NCBI GenBank assembly: GCA_965207075.1
Contig: CBDBLO010000002.1
Coordinates: 1,504,001 to 1,568,000 of the forward strand
Length of the DNA: 64,000 nt
Direction of reading: 5' to 3'
From: Nitrosopumilus sp.
GTDB taxonomy: Archaea > Thermoproteota > Nitrososphaeria > Nitrososphaerales > Nitrosopumilaceae
The translations under genes were made by a program, and so were the position numbers. Shown in pieces: positions 18,552-29,016 of this stretch; position 1 is the stretch's first letter, and every line of letters begins with the position of its first letter. The notes below the pieces were generated by a model. That model saw nothing but the letters and a program-made list of their open reading frames with translations, did not search any database and was not told the origin of the DNA.

Positions 18552-19175
18552 TCAGGGCGGCAGCTGTCTGGACGTCGACGCCATGCGCTGAACCAGCGTG
18601 ATCGCCGATATTACGGCCACCACAACCAGGGCGAGTTCCATGTACCCCGCCATCCCGACTATGGCGATGACGAGCAGGCGCTCGGCCCTCTCCCCGATCC
18701 CGACGCCCTGCATGCGTATCCCGAGCGCGTCGGACTTTGCCCTGGCATAGCTTACGAGCAGTGAGAGCGTGGCGGCAAGCACGACGAGCCACGGCTCCGC
18801 ATATCCCCCCACTGCGATCCCGACAAATATCGCGGACTCGGCAATCTTGTCAGATACGGAGTCTAGGTACGAGCCCCTCTGCGAGGCCTTTCCGGTGACG
18901 CGCGCGACCTGCCCGTCCACCATGTCAAAGAACCCCGATCCGAGCAGCAGGATCCCGCCTGCAAGCAGCCCGTACCCCGACATCTGTTGTAGCACCCCGA
19001 GGTGCGTCTCCTCGTGCAGCCCCAGATGCGGCCCGAGCCCGTACGACACGGCGGCGGCCATGGCGAGCGCAAGGCCCAGCCCGGTCCAAAAGTTGGGCGA
19101 CAGTCCGGTCGCGGCAAACCCGCGGCCCATCTTCTCAAGGGCGGGCCCGAGCGACTCGCGGAGGTTGTTTAGCAT
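18552..19175 (-). CDS. CDP-alcohol phosphatidyltransferase (archaetidylinositol-phosphate synthase-like)
   Basis: SPN..T, D.VDG.VAR...S.RG.YLDS..DK, SYARA and ERAER motifs; hydrophobic segments. Confidence 0.9.
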   Translation of the reverse strand: MLNNLRESLGPALEKMGRGFAATGLSPNFWTGLGLALAMAAAVSYGLGPHLGLHEETHLGVLQQMSGYGLLAGGILLLGSGFFDMVDGQVARVTGKASQRGSYLDSVSDKIAESAIFVGIAVGGYAEPWLVVLAATLSLLVSYARAKSDALGIRMQGVGIGERAERLLVIAIVGMAGYMELALVVVAVISAITLVQRMASTSRQLPP

Positions 19176-19242
19176 CAACTGCATGTGGGCGGGATCACTA
19201 TAAAGTCCTGTTTTACGCGCCCCGTCCGGCTCAGGCAGCAGC

Positions 19243-20175
19243 CTACGCGCGCCCGGACGACTGCGAGGCGGCGACAAGTGTGGACAGGATCTTGGCTGCC
19301 AGCGCGGCAGTTGCGCCCGTGTCATACGACGGGTTCAGCTCCACGATGTCGCCTCCCGCCACGCGTATGCCGTCGGATGCAAGCGTCCTTGCCATTCCGA
19401 ACAGCTCCCGCGGCGTTATGCCCTCGGCCTCCGGGTTCCCCACCCCGGGCGCAAACGCCGGATCAAGCACGTCGAGATCAAAGCTCGCGTACACGGAGTC
19501 AAACGAGGACGCAAAGTCGCGGAGCATCCGCGGCGCGCCGCCGTCCCGCACGTCCGAGTCGGCTATGGTCCTGATGCCGCCGTCCTTCAGGTATGCGAGC
19601 TCCTCGGCCGCAAAGGCCCTCGCGCCGACGTGAAGTATGCAGTCCGTCCCGCGCTCCTCGGCGATGCGGCGCAGGTACGTGGCGTGGTTGAGCCTCACGT
19701 CCCCGTACTCGTCGCGTAGGTCGTAGTGCGCGTCAAACACCACGTATCCGACGCCTCTTGGAAACGCCGTGTACGTCCCGTACGTGGCAAGGTGCTCGCC
19801 GCCCAGCATGAAGACGGGTCCCTGCCCCCGGTTCAGGAGGTCCCCCGTTACGCGGCGCGCCGCGTCGATCATACGCTCGGGGGAGGCCGTGTGCGGCATG
19901 TCCCCCAGATCCCGGATCGGCACGGCCTCCAAGTCGACCCCCATCTCCGGATGAAACACCTCTATGTTGTGGAACGCCGAGCGTATGGCGCCGGGGCCGA
20001 ACCTGCAGCCGGGCCTGTACGAATGGGTCGCGTCAAAGGGCACCCCAAATACGGAGCACGCGGGAGCCGCGCCGCCGTTGCTGTCGCCGTCGCTGCCGCG
20101 TGGCCCTGCGGACGGCGCGGATCCCGATATCAGCGGTCCGCTTCCCCCCAGGTACAGGTCTGCGTAGCTCATCAT
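19243..20175 (-). CDS. speB: Agmatinase (ureohydrolase)
   Basis: GVPFD.T.SYRPG.RFGP, GGEH, FDAHYDLRD, SFDLDVLDP.FAPG and DIVELNP motifs. Confidence 0.93.
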   Translation of the reverse strand: MMSYADLYLGGSGPLISGSAPSAGPRGSDGDSNGGAAPACSVFGVPFDATHSYRPGCRFGPGAIRSAFHNIEVFHPEMGVDLEAVPIRDLGDMPHTASPERMIDAARRVTGDLLNRGQGPVFMLGGEHLATYGTYTAFPRGVGYVVFDAHYDLRDEYGDVRLNHATYLRRIAEERGTDCILHVGARAFAAEELAYLKDGGIRTIADSDVRDGGAPRMLRDFASSFDSVYASFDLDVLDPAFAPGVGNPEAEGITPRELFGMARTLASDGIRVAGGDIVELNPSYDTGATAALAAKILSTLVAASQSSGRA

Positions 20176-22181
20176 ACCATCAGCTGCGGTCTTTTAGAGA
20201 GGTGCGCGGGCATGTTGAGGCCGGCAGCCGGCATGCCCTCGGTCTTTGACCTTATCTCCCGTAACAGGTCATCTGGCGTCATCTCCTTGACGCGTCCGGA
20301 TTCCCGGATCCTGACGCTCAGCCTGCCGGACTCGGACTCCTGCTCGCCCACCACTAGGACGTATGGGGCCCACTCTTTTTCTGCCTCCCTGATCCGCTTC
20401 CCTATGCTCTGGTTGCGGTCGTCTATGTCGGCCCTTATGCCGCGCGTCGTGAGCCCCGACGCAAACGACTCGGCAAGGCCCACAAACTCCTCCTTGACGG
20501 GTATGATCCGCACCTGTGTGGGCGAGAGCCACAGCGGAAGCATGGGGCGCCTGCCCTCCTTGGAGTCGGCGGCCGCCTTTTCAAGCAGCGTGTATATTAT
20601 GCGCTCCACTGCGCCACTGGGCGAGTTGTGCAGTATTATCGGATGGATCCTATTGTTGTCCTCGTCGACAAACGTGATGCCGTACCTGCTCCCGTTCTCC
20701 ACGTCGATCTGGTCTGTGGAGAGAGCCGACGCCTTGCCCATGTTGTCGATGTAGTTGAACTCCCACTTTAGCACAAAGTAGAAGAACCGTTCCTTCCACA
20801 TCTCCACCAGCATGGGCTTACCGTGCGCAGCGGCCAGCCGGTTTATGACGCCGCGGTGATCGTTGTAAAAGTCCTCTGTAAACCTTATTGCCATCTCATA
20901 GTCGTCGCCCGGGATACCCATCTCGGACAGCACGCGCTGCGACAGTTTGAAGCGCACCTCGATCTCATCGATTGCCTGGTCCATGTCCTTGCAGAACGCG
21001 TGGCAGTCGGGCATTGTGAACGCCCGCAGCCGACGCAACCCCACCAGCTCGCCCGTCTGCTCCCGGCGGAAGCTGTAGCGCGTCATCTCGTACAGCCGGT
21101 ACGGAAGGTTGTGGTGCGACATCTGGAACTGGTGGGCCATCAGGAATTGCCCAAAGCACGCGGCGAACCTCAGAAAGAGCCGCTTGCCCTCAGAGTCTAT
21201 CGTATACTGCCTTGCGGGAAACCTGTTAAAGTAGCTCACCATGCTGGGATGCTCCGAGTCGTACATTATCGGCGTCTCCACTTCGTAGCCGCCGTACTCC
21301 TTTACGCGGTTTGTAACATGGGACTCGATGAGGGACTTTATGAGCCGGCCGTTGGGAAAGAACCGCATGTTTCCATGATCCGATGCGTGTTCATAGTCGG
21401 CAATGGCAAGCCGCTTCATCAGGGCCACGTGCGGCGGCGGCTCGTCGACGTGCCGCTGCTTTTCTGACTCGTACTTTGCAAGGGTCTCGAGCTTTTTGTG
21501 CCCCGTAAAGTCAAATTCGTCTATCTCCACCAGGTTTCCGTCCGGGGTGAGTATGCGCCAGTGGGACTTTAGCCTTGATTCGCGCTCGAGCGCGTGCGAC
21601 TTGTCCTCGTCGTCGTCGTCGTCGTCGTCGTCGCCAGTATCATTATCATCGCCGCTGCCGCCTTCTTCTTCTCCTTTCCTTCCAGACCGGGCGCGCGGCG
21701 CGGCGGCGGCCGAACCTGTATGCGGCTCACCCGCGGAAGTAGCATGCGGCGGTTTCAGCGAATCGGATCTGATCACCTTTGAGGACTCTGCAAGCGGGTG
21801 CCCCTTTACCTTGACGTGGTACGACTTTGTCCACCCAAATGGAGCCCGGGACACCTCAAGCGCCCCGTCTGCCGCCTTGGCGTGATCCTCCATCTCCTCA
21901 AGCAGTCCTAGTGCAGTCGACGGCTTGGCAAGATCCGAACTGAGGTGGGCGTACGGATACAGGAGCAGCCGGGTGCACCCGACGTTTATCATCGAGGCGC
22001 GTATCTGCCGGACGGCCTCAGTCGCCACAGAAGAGTTATCGCCGGTCTCCACCGCGACGAATGCCACCACCACTTCCTCGAGGCGCAGGGTCGACATGTC
22101 GTCTAGATCTTCGGCCATCTTGTTCTCCTTTTTTGTGGGAGTGTACTCTATGCTGTCGCAATGGAGTTGCAGTATGCGCAT
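20172..22181 (-). CDS. thrS: Threonine--tRNA ligase (archaeal type)
   Basis: MRILQLH, YPYAHLSS, APFGW.K editing domain; LRFAACFG, FRREQ.GE..GLRRLRAF; anticodon domain. Poly-Asp insertion. Confidence 0.97.
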   Translation of the reverse strand: MRILQLHCDSIEYTPTKKENKMAEDLDDMSTLRLEEVVVAFVAVETGDNSSVATEAVRQIRASMINVGCTRLLLYPYAHLSSDLAKPSTALGLLEEMEDHAKAADGALEVSRAPFGWTKSYHVKVKGHPLAESSKVIRSDSLKPPHATSAGEPHTGSAAAAPRARSGRKGEEEGGSGDDNDTGDDDDDDDDEDKSHALERESRLKSHWRILTPDGNLVEIDEFDFTGHKKLETLAKYESEKQRHVDEPPPHVALMKRLAIADYEHASDHGNMRFFPNGRLIKSLIESHVTNRVKEYGGYEVETPIMYDSEHPSMVSYFNRFPARQYTIDSEGKRLFLRFAACFGQFLMAHQFQMSHHNLPYRLYEMTRYSFRREQTGELVGLRRLRAFTMPDCHAFCKDMDQAIDEIEVRFKLSQRVLSEMGIPGDDYEMAIRFTEDFYNDHRGVINRLAAAHGKPMLVEMWKERFFYFVLKWEFNYIDNMGKASALSTDQIDVENGSRYGITFVDEDNNRIHPIILHNSPSGAVERIIYTLLEKAAADSKEGRRPMLPLWLSPTQVRIIPVKEEFVGLAESFASGLTTRGIRADIDDRNQSIGKRIREAEKEWAPYVLVVGEQESESGRLSVRIRESGRVKEMTPDDLLREIRSKTEGMPAAGLNMPAHLSKRPQLMV

Positions 22182-22654
22182 AAGGCGAACTCAAGCCAGA
22201 GTCGAATTAAGTGTTTCATTGGTATGTACGAGATTGCCAGACGATGCAGGGCGGTGGGTGGGGAGGGGAGGGAGGGGAGGGTGGAGGGGGGCAACTGGGC
22301 ATCCGGACAGGCGGGGGAACGGGGTCACGCGTGCGGCTACGAGTACGCGACTGCGAGCATGCGGACGGCAGGTGCCATTCGCCGCCCTGCCACAACACTG
22401 CCGGCCGGGTACCGGCAGTACGCGCACGCGTGTTTTGATCCATGCAGTCCAGCTGCCGGACGTCCAACGTGCAGGTTGAGAGGGACAGAGTCGGTGCACG
22501 CAGGCGCCGAGAGTCGTGCAGTAGCGGCATCATCATAATTACAATTGTAGTTGCCGCCGTCATTGTCACAATAGTTGCCGCCGCAATAAAGGAAAGATAC
22601 GCGTGAGCTGCATTGCAGCAGGCGCCGCCCTGTGCCCCGCAGAGCGGCACAGTG

Positions 22655-23032
22655 TCATTTTCCCCCCGCACCGTCAGCAGGCACATCTCGCCCCGCAATG
22701 CGCGCCCTAAGGGAGATCACAGAGCGCAACACCAGGGCAGACAGTCCAAGGTGCTCAGACAGCAGACGCCCGGCAGGCTCAAGCGGCCTCTCACCGAGGA
22801 ACCCCTCGTCGTATGTAATCTCAACCGAACCCTTGTCCGTCTCCACGTACGACGTGACAAGCGAGTAAGGCCCACGCGAGTCGCCGGAGACGCCCCTGTC
22901 AACATAGAGGCGCAGCTCGACTTTCCTGATGACAAACTCGTCGTGGGGCATCCGGCCCGAGTCCAGCACGACAACGGCGCCGTCGGGCGCCCGTTCTACC
23001 TTGCGCGGGTCGCGCACCTCTGTGACTCTCAT
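22655..23032 (-). CDS. Hypothetical protein
   Basis: MRVTEV...FVIRKVELRLYVD..GPYSLVTSYVETDKGSVEITYDEG; globular-looking composition. Confidence 0.65.
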   Translation of the reverse strand: MRVTEVRDPRKVERAPDGAVVVLDSGRMPHDEFVIRKVELRLYVDRGVSGDSRGPYSLVTSYVETDKGSVEITYDEGFLGERPLEPAGRLLSEHLGLSALVLRSVISLRARIAGRDVPADGAGGK

Positions 23033-23175
23033 ACTGCAGCATGGTCGCCGTACTATATGGACTTGGCCGCGCGAGGGGGCGGGGCGCCGCACCCTGCGGC
23101 CCCCGGCATGAAACCTCAACCGGCCCTGGCGCGCCGATCAGTAAGGGATAATTACGCACCAGGCACGCGCATGGC

Positions 23176-24252
23176 ATGCATGGCGATCCCCACGAGTTTT
23201 GCGGCAGGGATGTGCAGCACGCGTCGATAAGGCCAGACATGACCATATCGGACCTGGTGGACCTGTTCGCGGGATCCGGATACAATGCAAGAAGGCTCGG
23301 CGAGGCCGCAAACCTGTACAGGACGATGGTGCGGGAGGATGCCGTCATATGCCTGACCGTATCAGGCGCGCTGGCGCCGGTCGGGCTCGGCGGCATCATA
23401 GGCACCCTCATCGAGCGCGGATTCGTGGACTGGATAATATCCACGGGGGCCAACGTATACCACGAGGATCACTTCGCGTGGGGGCTGCCGGTAAAGCAGG
23501 GCAGCTCCGAGGTCGACGACGCAAGGCTCTACGAGAACGAGATCGTGAGGATACGCGACGTTTACATAAAATTCTACGAGACGCTGGAGGCGCAGGACCA
23601 GATAGTCCAAAAGATGTTCGGGGGGGACAGCTTCTCCGGCGCGTCGTTCACGACTGCCGAGTTCTGCAACGCGATGGGAAAGGCAAGCCTGGAGCATGCC
23701 AAGTATCCGGAGAGGAGCTTTGTTACGTCGGCATACAAGCAGGGGGTGCCCCTGTACATATCGACCCTGAAGGACTCGTCGCTTGCCCTCAACCTGGCCG
23801 CGCACAGGCTGGGCGGAAAGGAGTACAGGCTGGACTTTGCAAGGGAGATACTGGAGCAGGCCGCAATAGTGTACGACTCGGCAAAGTCTGGGATAGTAGA
23901 GTTGGGGGGAGGGGTTCCAAAGAACACGGCGCAGCAGACGGGGCCCCTGCTTGACCAGATACTGAGAAGGAACGACGGGGGGCAGGACTACATCATACAG
24001 ATCACCGATGCGCGTCCGGATACGGGCGGGCTGTCGGGGGCCACCCTGCAGGAGGGCAAGAGCTGGGGCAAGATACAGGACGCCCACAGTGGGATGGCAA
24101 CCGTGTACGCGGACGCCACGATCGCGTTCCCCATACTCGCGCTGTACGTGATGTCAAACGAGGAGCCGAGGAGGCCGAGGAGGCTGTACGACAGGCTGGG
24201 CGACATGTACGAGAGGCTAAAGTCAGACTATCTGGGTTCGGGTCGCGGCTAG
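23176..24252 (+). CDS. dys: Deoxyhypusine synthase family protein
   Basis: ISTGAN.YHE, GGGVPKN and DTGGLSGATLQEGKSWGK motifs. Confidence 0.9.
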   Translation: MHGDPHEFCGRDVQHASIRPDMTISDLVDLFAGSGYNARRLGEAANLYRTMVREDAVICLTVSGALAPVGLGGIIGTLIERGFVDWIISTGANVYHEDHFAWGLPVKQGSSEVDDARLYENEIVRIRDVYIKFYETLEAQDQIVQKMFGGDSFSGASFTTAEFCNAMGKASLEHAKYPERSFVTSAYKQGVPLYISTLKDSSLALNLAAHRLGGKEYRLDFAREILEQAAIVYDSAKSGIVELGGGVPKNTAQQTGPLLDQILRRNDGGQDYIIQITDARPDTGGLSGATLQEGKSWGKIQDAHSGMATVYADATIAFPILALYVMSNEEPRRPRRLYDRLGDMYERLKSDYLGSGRG

Positions 24253-24350
24253 CATTTAGCAGGCAGTTGCTGACGCGCGCGGCAGGCGTGCGGTGCACCG
24301 CGCAGCTCACCGCAGACTACCATCGCGACAGGCACGCGCATGCAGCAGGG

Positions 24351-24563
24351 TCAGAACCGGTCGAACCTAGCGCGTTCCAGATCGCGGTCATCCTTTGACT
24401 CTTTTTTCCACTCCTTGTAGTGTTCCTTGCAGAGGACGGACTTTTTTCCAACACCGCTTACGCGAAGTCCCGCCCCCTCCACTTTCACGGTGTTGAGGGA
24501 ACGGGCCCCGCCGTTGTCGCAGCCGTCCACGTTGCATTTGGCACCCTTCGACACAACGCCCAT
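24351..24563 (-). CDS. Small Zn-finger protein
   Basis: MGVVSKGAKCNVDGC...LCKEHYKEWKK; TATA-like TTTAAT about 25 nt upstream. Confidence 0.75.
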   Translation of the reverse strand: MGVVSKGAKCNVDGCDNGGARSLNTVKVEGAGLRVSGVGKKSVLCKEHYKEWKKESKDDRDLERARFDRF

Positions 24564-24702
24564 GCACGGCCGTGTGCACGCGCCGTATTTAATGATGTGT
24601 GCGGGGCGGGTACCCTGCGCGCACGCAGCCGTGCGTGCAGGCCCCGGCATCTGGCCGCGCCGTTTTGTTGGTTTATAAGGAGAGCGCCGCCGGCTCTGCA
24701 CC

Positions 24703-25044
24703 ATGGGAGGAGCAAAAAAGCCCACCGCGGCCAACAAGGACAGGTCGTCAGGATCCAAAGACTCCAAAAAGGGAAAGAAGGACAAGGGGGCAGGAGAATC
24801 GGGCCCAAAGAGGGCGGAGATAATAGTCAGGGTCAACGGTGAACAGGCCCTGAAGATAGTAAGGGGCGCCAAGGTGATAACGGCCCAGGAGCTTGCAAGG
24901 CAGCTGGGTGTAAAGATATCTGCCGCAAACAGATTCCTCAAGGAGACGGTCTCAAGCGGTGACGTCAACGTGATCGGGGGCCACTCCGGCCACTACCTGT
25001 ACCAGGGCGCGGCAGCCTCAGGCAAAGACGGCAGTGCGGCATAG
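24703..25044 (+). CDS. rps25e: 30S ribosomal protein S25e
   Basis: Lys-rich N-terminus, wHTH 'KVITAQELARQLGVKISAANRFL'; TTTATAA upstream. Confidence 0.85.
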   Translation: MGGAKKPTAANKDRSSGSKDSKKGKKDKGAGESGPKRAEIIVRVNGEQALKIVRGAKVITAQELARQLGVKISAANRFLKETVSSGDVNVIGGHSGHYLYQGAAASGKDGSAA

Positions 25045-25294
25045 CACACTGTGATGCCGGCGGCGGCCTGACAGGCCCGAATGCGAGGATATGGGGAGGG
25101 GCCTGCATGCAGGCAGTCACCTATCCATGCGCCGCCAAGCTGCCGCACTTGCACACGCGTTCGCGCCGGTGGCCGGCATCGAGTGTTTTACGGCAGCAGT
25201 GGCAGGACCGGCCCTTTGCGCAAAAGCCGTGCCACAGACAGGAAAGAGGACGGGCCCGTACAGGCAGCCGGACCAGAAATACGCCGGCCCTCTG

Positions 25295-25696
25295 CTAGGA
25301 GGCGCCGCTTGCGGCAGCGTCGCGTATCGAGAGCGGCGTGCTCGGCCCCGCATCCTCAAGCAGCCGGACGTCACCGACGAGCCGGCCTATCGGAGTCATC
25401 TTGTTTGCAGACGCCACATCGTTTAGAAAAAAGCACACGCTGCCTGTTGATGGCAGGAACGCCACGTCTCCCTTCTTGAACTCCGAGCGTTCCCTCTCAA
25501 GCCCCGAGTCTATCGCGGTCTCGATGTATATTATGCTCTTGCCCATCCTGTGCGCATTTCCACTGAGCGGCAGGGAACGAGTTATCAACCCGACCGTCCG
25601 CGGAGAAAGGTGCCGGCGCAGGTCGCATCCAAGCCTGCGGCCTGTTCCAACCTCAAGTACCAGTTCCCTGCGCGATACGGACGGCGTCCCGCTCAA
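25295..25696 (-). CDS. Cyclophilin-like fold protein (DUF369-like)
   Basis: RHLSPRTV..I.RSLPL.G and FKKGDVAFLP..GSVCFF..M.PIG motifs. Confidence 0.75.
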   Translation of the reverse strand: MSGTPSVSRRELVLEVGTGRRLGCDLRRHLSPRTVGLITRSLPLSGNAHRMGKSIIYIETAIDSGLERERSEFKKGDVAFLPSTGSVCFFLNDVASANKMTPIGRLVGDVRLLEDAGPSTPLSIRDAAASGAS

Positions 25697-25749
25697 CCTG
25701 ATGACGCCATTGAATAGATTATATAACGTTTTAAGAGGCGATCGTCTGC

Positions 25750-26406
25750 TTGTCCGAAGTCAATGAGAGCAAGATGATCGGCTCTCCGAATGCCAATTCT
25801 GCAGACGCAGATGGCCGCTACAAGAAGGGGGAAGAAGAAGCATTCCCGGCGACGGAGGCGACTACGGACGCGCCCTCGGCGACAGGGGCAAAGGAAGAAG
25901 ATGCTGCCGCGATTCCGGCGGCCGGGGCAGATGACGACGATGCGTCCGCACCAATAGCCCCACCGGCAGAACCGGAGCCCGACGAGAACATAGGCCTCAA
26001 CAGAGCCTTGGAATCGTACCGCAAGCTTATCGAGAAAAAGGACGGCGACACGCCCCTGACCGAGGAGGAGAGAGAGTCGCTTGAGAGAAAGCTTGACGAG
26101 ATGAGGGACAGGGACGTGGTAGAAAAGGTCGCAGATCACGAGCCCGTGGAGATACCGTGCGAGAACCAGAAGGTTACGGTGGGCCCGCCCACGCTGACCA
26201 GGTTTGAAAAGGCGCGCATCATGGGGGCAAGGGCGCTGCAGCTGTCACAGGGAGCCCCGCCGTTCATACCAATTCCAAAGACTGCAAGGACGTCCCTTGA
26301 CATATCAATGGAGGAGCTCGAGCAGAGGGTGATTCCCATCACAATCAGGCGCGTCCTCCCAAACGGGGATCACCAGAATATACCGATAAGCTACTTTGAG
26401 AAATAG
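25750..26406 (+). CDS. rpoK: DNA-directed RNA polymerase subunit K (Rpo6) with acidic N-terminal extension
   Basis: LTRFEKARIMGARALQLSQGAPP...IPITIRR.LP. Confidence 0.93.
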   Translation: MSEVNESKMIGSPNANSADADGRYKKGEEEAFPATEATTDAPSATGAKEEDAAAIPAAGADDDDASAPIAPPAEPEPDENIGLNRALESYRKLIEKKDGDTPLTEEERESLERKLDEMRDRDVVEKVADHEPVEIPCENQKVTVGPPTLTRFEKARIMGARALQLSQGAPPFIPIPKTARTSLDISMEELEQRVIPITIRRVLPNGDHQNIPISYFEK

Positions 26407-26549
26407 TCCATCGCGGGCCGCACGTACGCCACCAGACCGTCCATGCCAAAGATCCACGGTTCGCACGCATACACGTACGCACGCATTCCATGAACCATTG
26501 GTCGATAAAACTTAATAGAATTACAAGTCGAATCCGGAATGTTACCGTG

Positions 26550-26906
26550 ATGGAAGGAGACAGTGAGCGCACAAGCCCAAGCATGGCCGGCAGGACCGGA
26601 GACTATGGGGGCGGTTACCACGACGGGGACAACAACGAGGATGGCATAATCTACATAGGCAGCAACCCCATAGACAACTACGCAATGGAGGCAGTCCAAG
26701 CCCTGTCAAAAAAGGGCAACGTAACGCTCCGCTCAAAAGGAAGATCGATACCGACTGCCGTGACGGTGGCAAACATAGTGACGCGCGAGGTACTAAAGAG
26801 CAGGTCCCGCGTAAGGCAGATACTGCTTGACACCGACGCAGCCCCCGGCATAGGCAGCATGACATCCACAATAGAGATACATATTGACAGGCTACAGCTG
26901 AACTGA
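26550..26906 (+). CDS. Alba-family chromatin protein
   Basis: IYIGSNP..NY..V.LRSKGRSIP.AV.VANI and STIEI motifs. Confidence 0.8.
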   Translation: MEGDSERTSPSMAGRTGDYGGGYHDGDNNEDGIIYIGSNPIDNYAMEAVQALSKKGNVTLRSKGRSIPTAVTVANIVTREVLKSRSRVRQILLDTDAAPGIGSMTSTIEIHIDRLQLN

Positions 26907-27112
26907 CGCCGTCGTATCAGTGGCCGATGCCAAGAGAGGCTGCAACCGGGCCTCAGGCTAGACACCGGCAGGGGTTGTGGCGGCAATGGAATATCATAGT
27001 CATCAACAATGACACCGCCATTGCCGCCGCCGTCGCCAGCAACGGCGCCAGCAGTAATGACAGCGGCAACTGCTAGCAGCAGAGGCGGCAGTCTTCAAGG
27101 CGGCAGGACAGC

Positions 27113-27526
27113 CTAAAACCCGCCAGGACCCTTTAGGAGCATGCTCTCGCACTCCTTGCAGACTTCCTCGTCGATGTCAGACTCCAGGTTGTGGTGAATC
27201 TCGCAGATCAGGAGGCTCGACTTGATGTAGTTGCACAGGCCGATGAACTTTGAGAGGCTCAGCGGCGTGTACGCCATGTCCGAGGCCAGGTTGTCACACA
27301 GATCGTCAATCATTGCGGCCACCTTGTCCTGCGAGAGCAGCTTGCCTATCAGGACGGGGTCGCCGCGCGTGCCCCGGATGTAGTTGCTGATTGCGGCCTG
27401 CGTGACGCCGAGCATTTTTGATATCTCGTCCTCGCGTATGTCATGATCCTCGGCCAGCTTTTTTGCAATGATTGCGCGCAGCGCAGGTATCAACGTCTTG
27501 GATTCTATCTCGGCCGGAAGCAGCAT
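27113..27526 (-). CDS. HTH transcriptional regulator (COG2522-like)
   Basis: LLPAEIE...PALRA.IAK.L and LGVTQAAISNY..G.RG; C-terminal Cys/His. Confidence 0.85.
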   Translation of the reverse strand: MLLPAEIESKTLIPALRAIIAKKLAEDHDIREDEISKMLGVTQAAISNYIRGTRGDPVLIGKLLSQDKVAAMIDDLCDNLASDMAYTPLSLSKFIGLCNYIKSSLLICEIHHNLESDIDEEVCKECESMLLKGPGGF

Positions 27527-27646
27527 GAAAAAGTTTCTTGTCCCTAGACATTTATAGTTTGCAAGAAATCGCGCCCCCCGCGGAACCGGCGCCCGCGGCC
27601 TCCGGCCTAAAGCGCGGCGGTCCGCGCAAGTTATCTACTTAACCAG

Positions 27647-28735
27647 ATGAAAACAACACCGGACATGCTGCAGGCAGACGGCGAGGTAGGGGACGCAGTG
27701 GCCAGGGTCAGGGCCGCCCTCAAGTCCGCATGCGGCAGGCACGAGATCAGCCTGGTGGCGCTATCAGGAGGCCTCGATTCGAGCATAATAGCGTGGCACG
27801 CAAGGCAGGCCGGAAGCCCCAGGGGGGTTGCGATAATCGCAAGGGACTTTGTCTCGACGGATCTGGCATACTGCCAGATGGCCTCAAGGGAGCTTGACGT
27901 GCCGCTTGAGATGGTCAGCGCGGGGACAGACGAGATACTAGACGGCATAACCAGCACCGTCAAGATTCTCAGGAACTTCAACGACATAGAGATCAGAAAC
28001 AGCGTGGTTATGTATCTGGCCGCAAGGTGGGCGGCCGAGAACGGGTATCGCTCCATTGCCACCGGGGACGGCGCAGACGAGCTGTTTGCAGGCTACAGGT
28101 TCCTGACAGAGACGCCAGAGGACAGGCTTGCAGGCGAGCTTGAGAGGATCCGCGACACGATGCACTTTCCCTCCCACGACATATGCAGGTCGCTTGGCAT
28201 AACCGCCGTATCCCCGTTTTTAGACGGCGAGGTGGTGCAGCTTGCGCAGGACATGGAGGCCTCACTCAAGGTCAGGCGCGACCACCCGAGGGGCGCGGCT
28301 CAGGCGCCCGAGGGCGGAGAGGGGCGCGGCGCCGTGCGCCACGGCAAGTGGATACTCAGAAGGGCGTTTGAGGGCGTCCTGCCGGCCGGGATAGCGTGGA
28401 GGCCAAAGTCCGCAATGCAGGACGGCGCGGGTACGGTGGGGCTTACGGGACTGTTCGAGTCCATGATGCGCATCGACGAGGAATCGTACGTCAGAAAGGT
28501 GCTTGCCGCAAAAATGGAGGATGGCGTTACAATCAGGAGCCAAGAGTCAATGTACTATTACGAGATATTCAGGAGGGAGTTCGGGGTGCCGGCGGAGTTC
28601 CAGGCGGCCGAGGCAGGGGCAGGGTCGAAAGACGACGGCGGTGCGAACCGGCCCGGGAAGACATGCCCCTACTGCAGGTGCGCGATCGCACGCGGCGCCA
28701 GGTTCTGCAGGATGTGCGCCGCGTTTCCGGTCTAG
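27647..28735 (+). CDS. Asparagine synthase C-terminal domain protein with Zn ribbon
   Basis: LSGGLDSS, TGDGADELFAGY, SPFLD and KWILR.AF..RPK..Q.G.G motifs; CPYC..FCRMC. No glutaminase domain. Confidence 0.88.
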   Translation: MKTTPDMLQADGEVGDAVARVRAALKSACGRHEISLVALSGGLDSSIIAWHARQAGSPRGVAIIARDFVSTDLAYCQMASRELDVPLEMVSAGTDEILDGITSTVKILRNFNDIEIRNSVVMYLAARWAAENGYRSIATGDGADELFAGYRFLTETPEDRLAGELERIRDTMHFPSHDICRSLGITAVSPFLDGEVVQLAQDMEASLKVRRDHPRGAAQAPEGGEGRGAVRHGKWILRRAFEGVLPAGIAWRPKSAMQDGAGTVGLTGLFESMMRIDEESYVRKVLAAKMEDGVTIRSQESMYYYEIFRREFGVPAEFQAAEAGAGSKDDGGANRPGKTCPYCRCAIARGARFCRMCAAFPV

Positions 28736-28878
28736 GCGTTCTTCCTATACTTGCGGGGCTTTTTTGCAAATATCATGCGGCACCCGTTGCAGCAAAAGTA
28801 AAACGTCGAGCCCTTGTATTCGTGCGGGAGTGCAAGATCCTCGTCAAGTTCTATCCCGCACACAGGGTCTACAGGCAC
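28732..28878 (-). CDS. YHS/TRASH metal-binding protein (48 aa, not in ORF track)
   Basis: Manual translation: MPVDPVCGIELDEDLALPHEYKGSTFYFCCNGCRMIFAKKPRKYRKNA*; TATAAAT upstream. Confidence 0.9.
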   Translation of the reverse strand: MPVDPVCGIELDEDLALPHEYKGSTFYFCCNGCRMIFAKKPRKYRKNA

Positions 28879-29016
28879 ATGCCGCGTGGGGCATCTTTCT
28901 ATTTATAGTATGATTGCAGCGCGGACCTGCACGCCCTCCAATAGCAGGGGCGGGGGTTGTGGCGGCAGCATGCAGCCCCCCAAACGGCAAACGCGGCGGG
29001 CGCCAATGCGGGCCGG

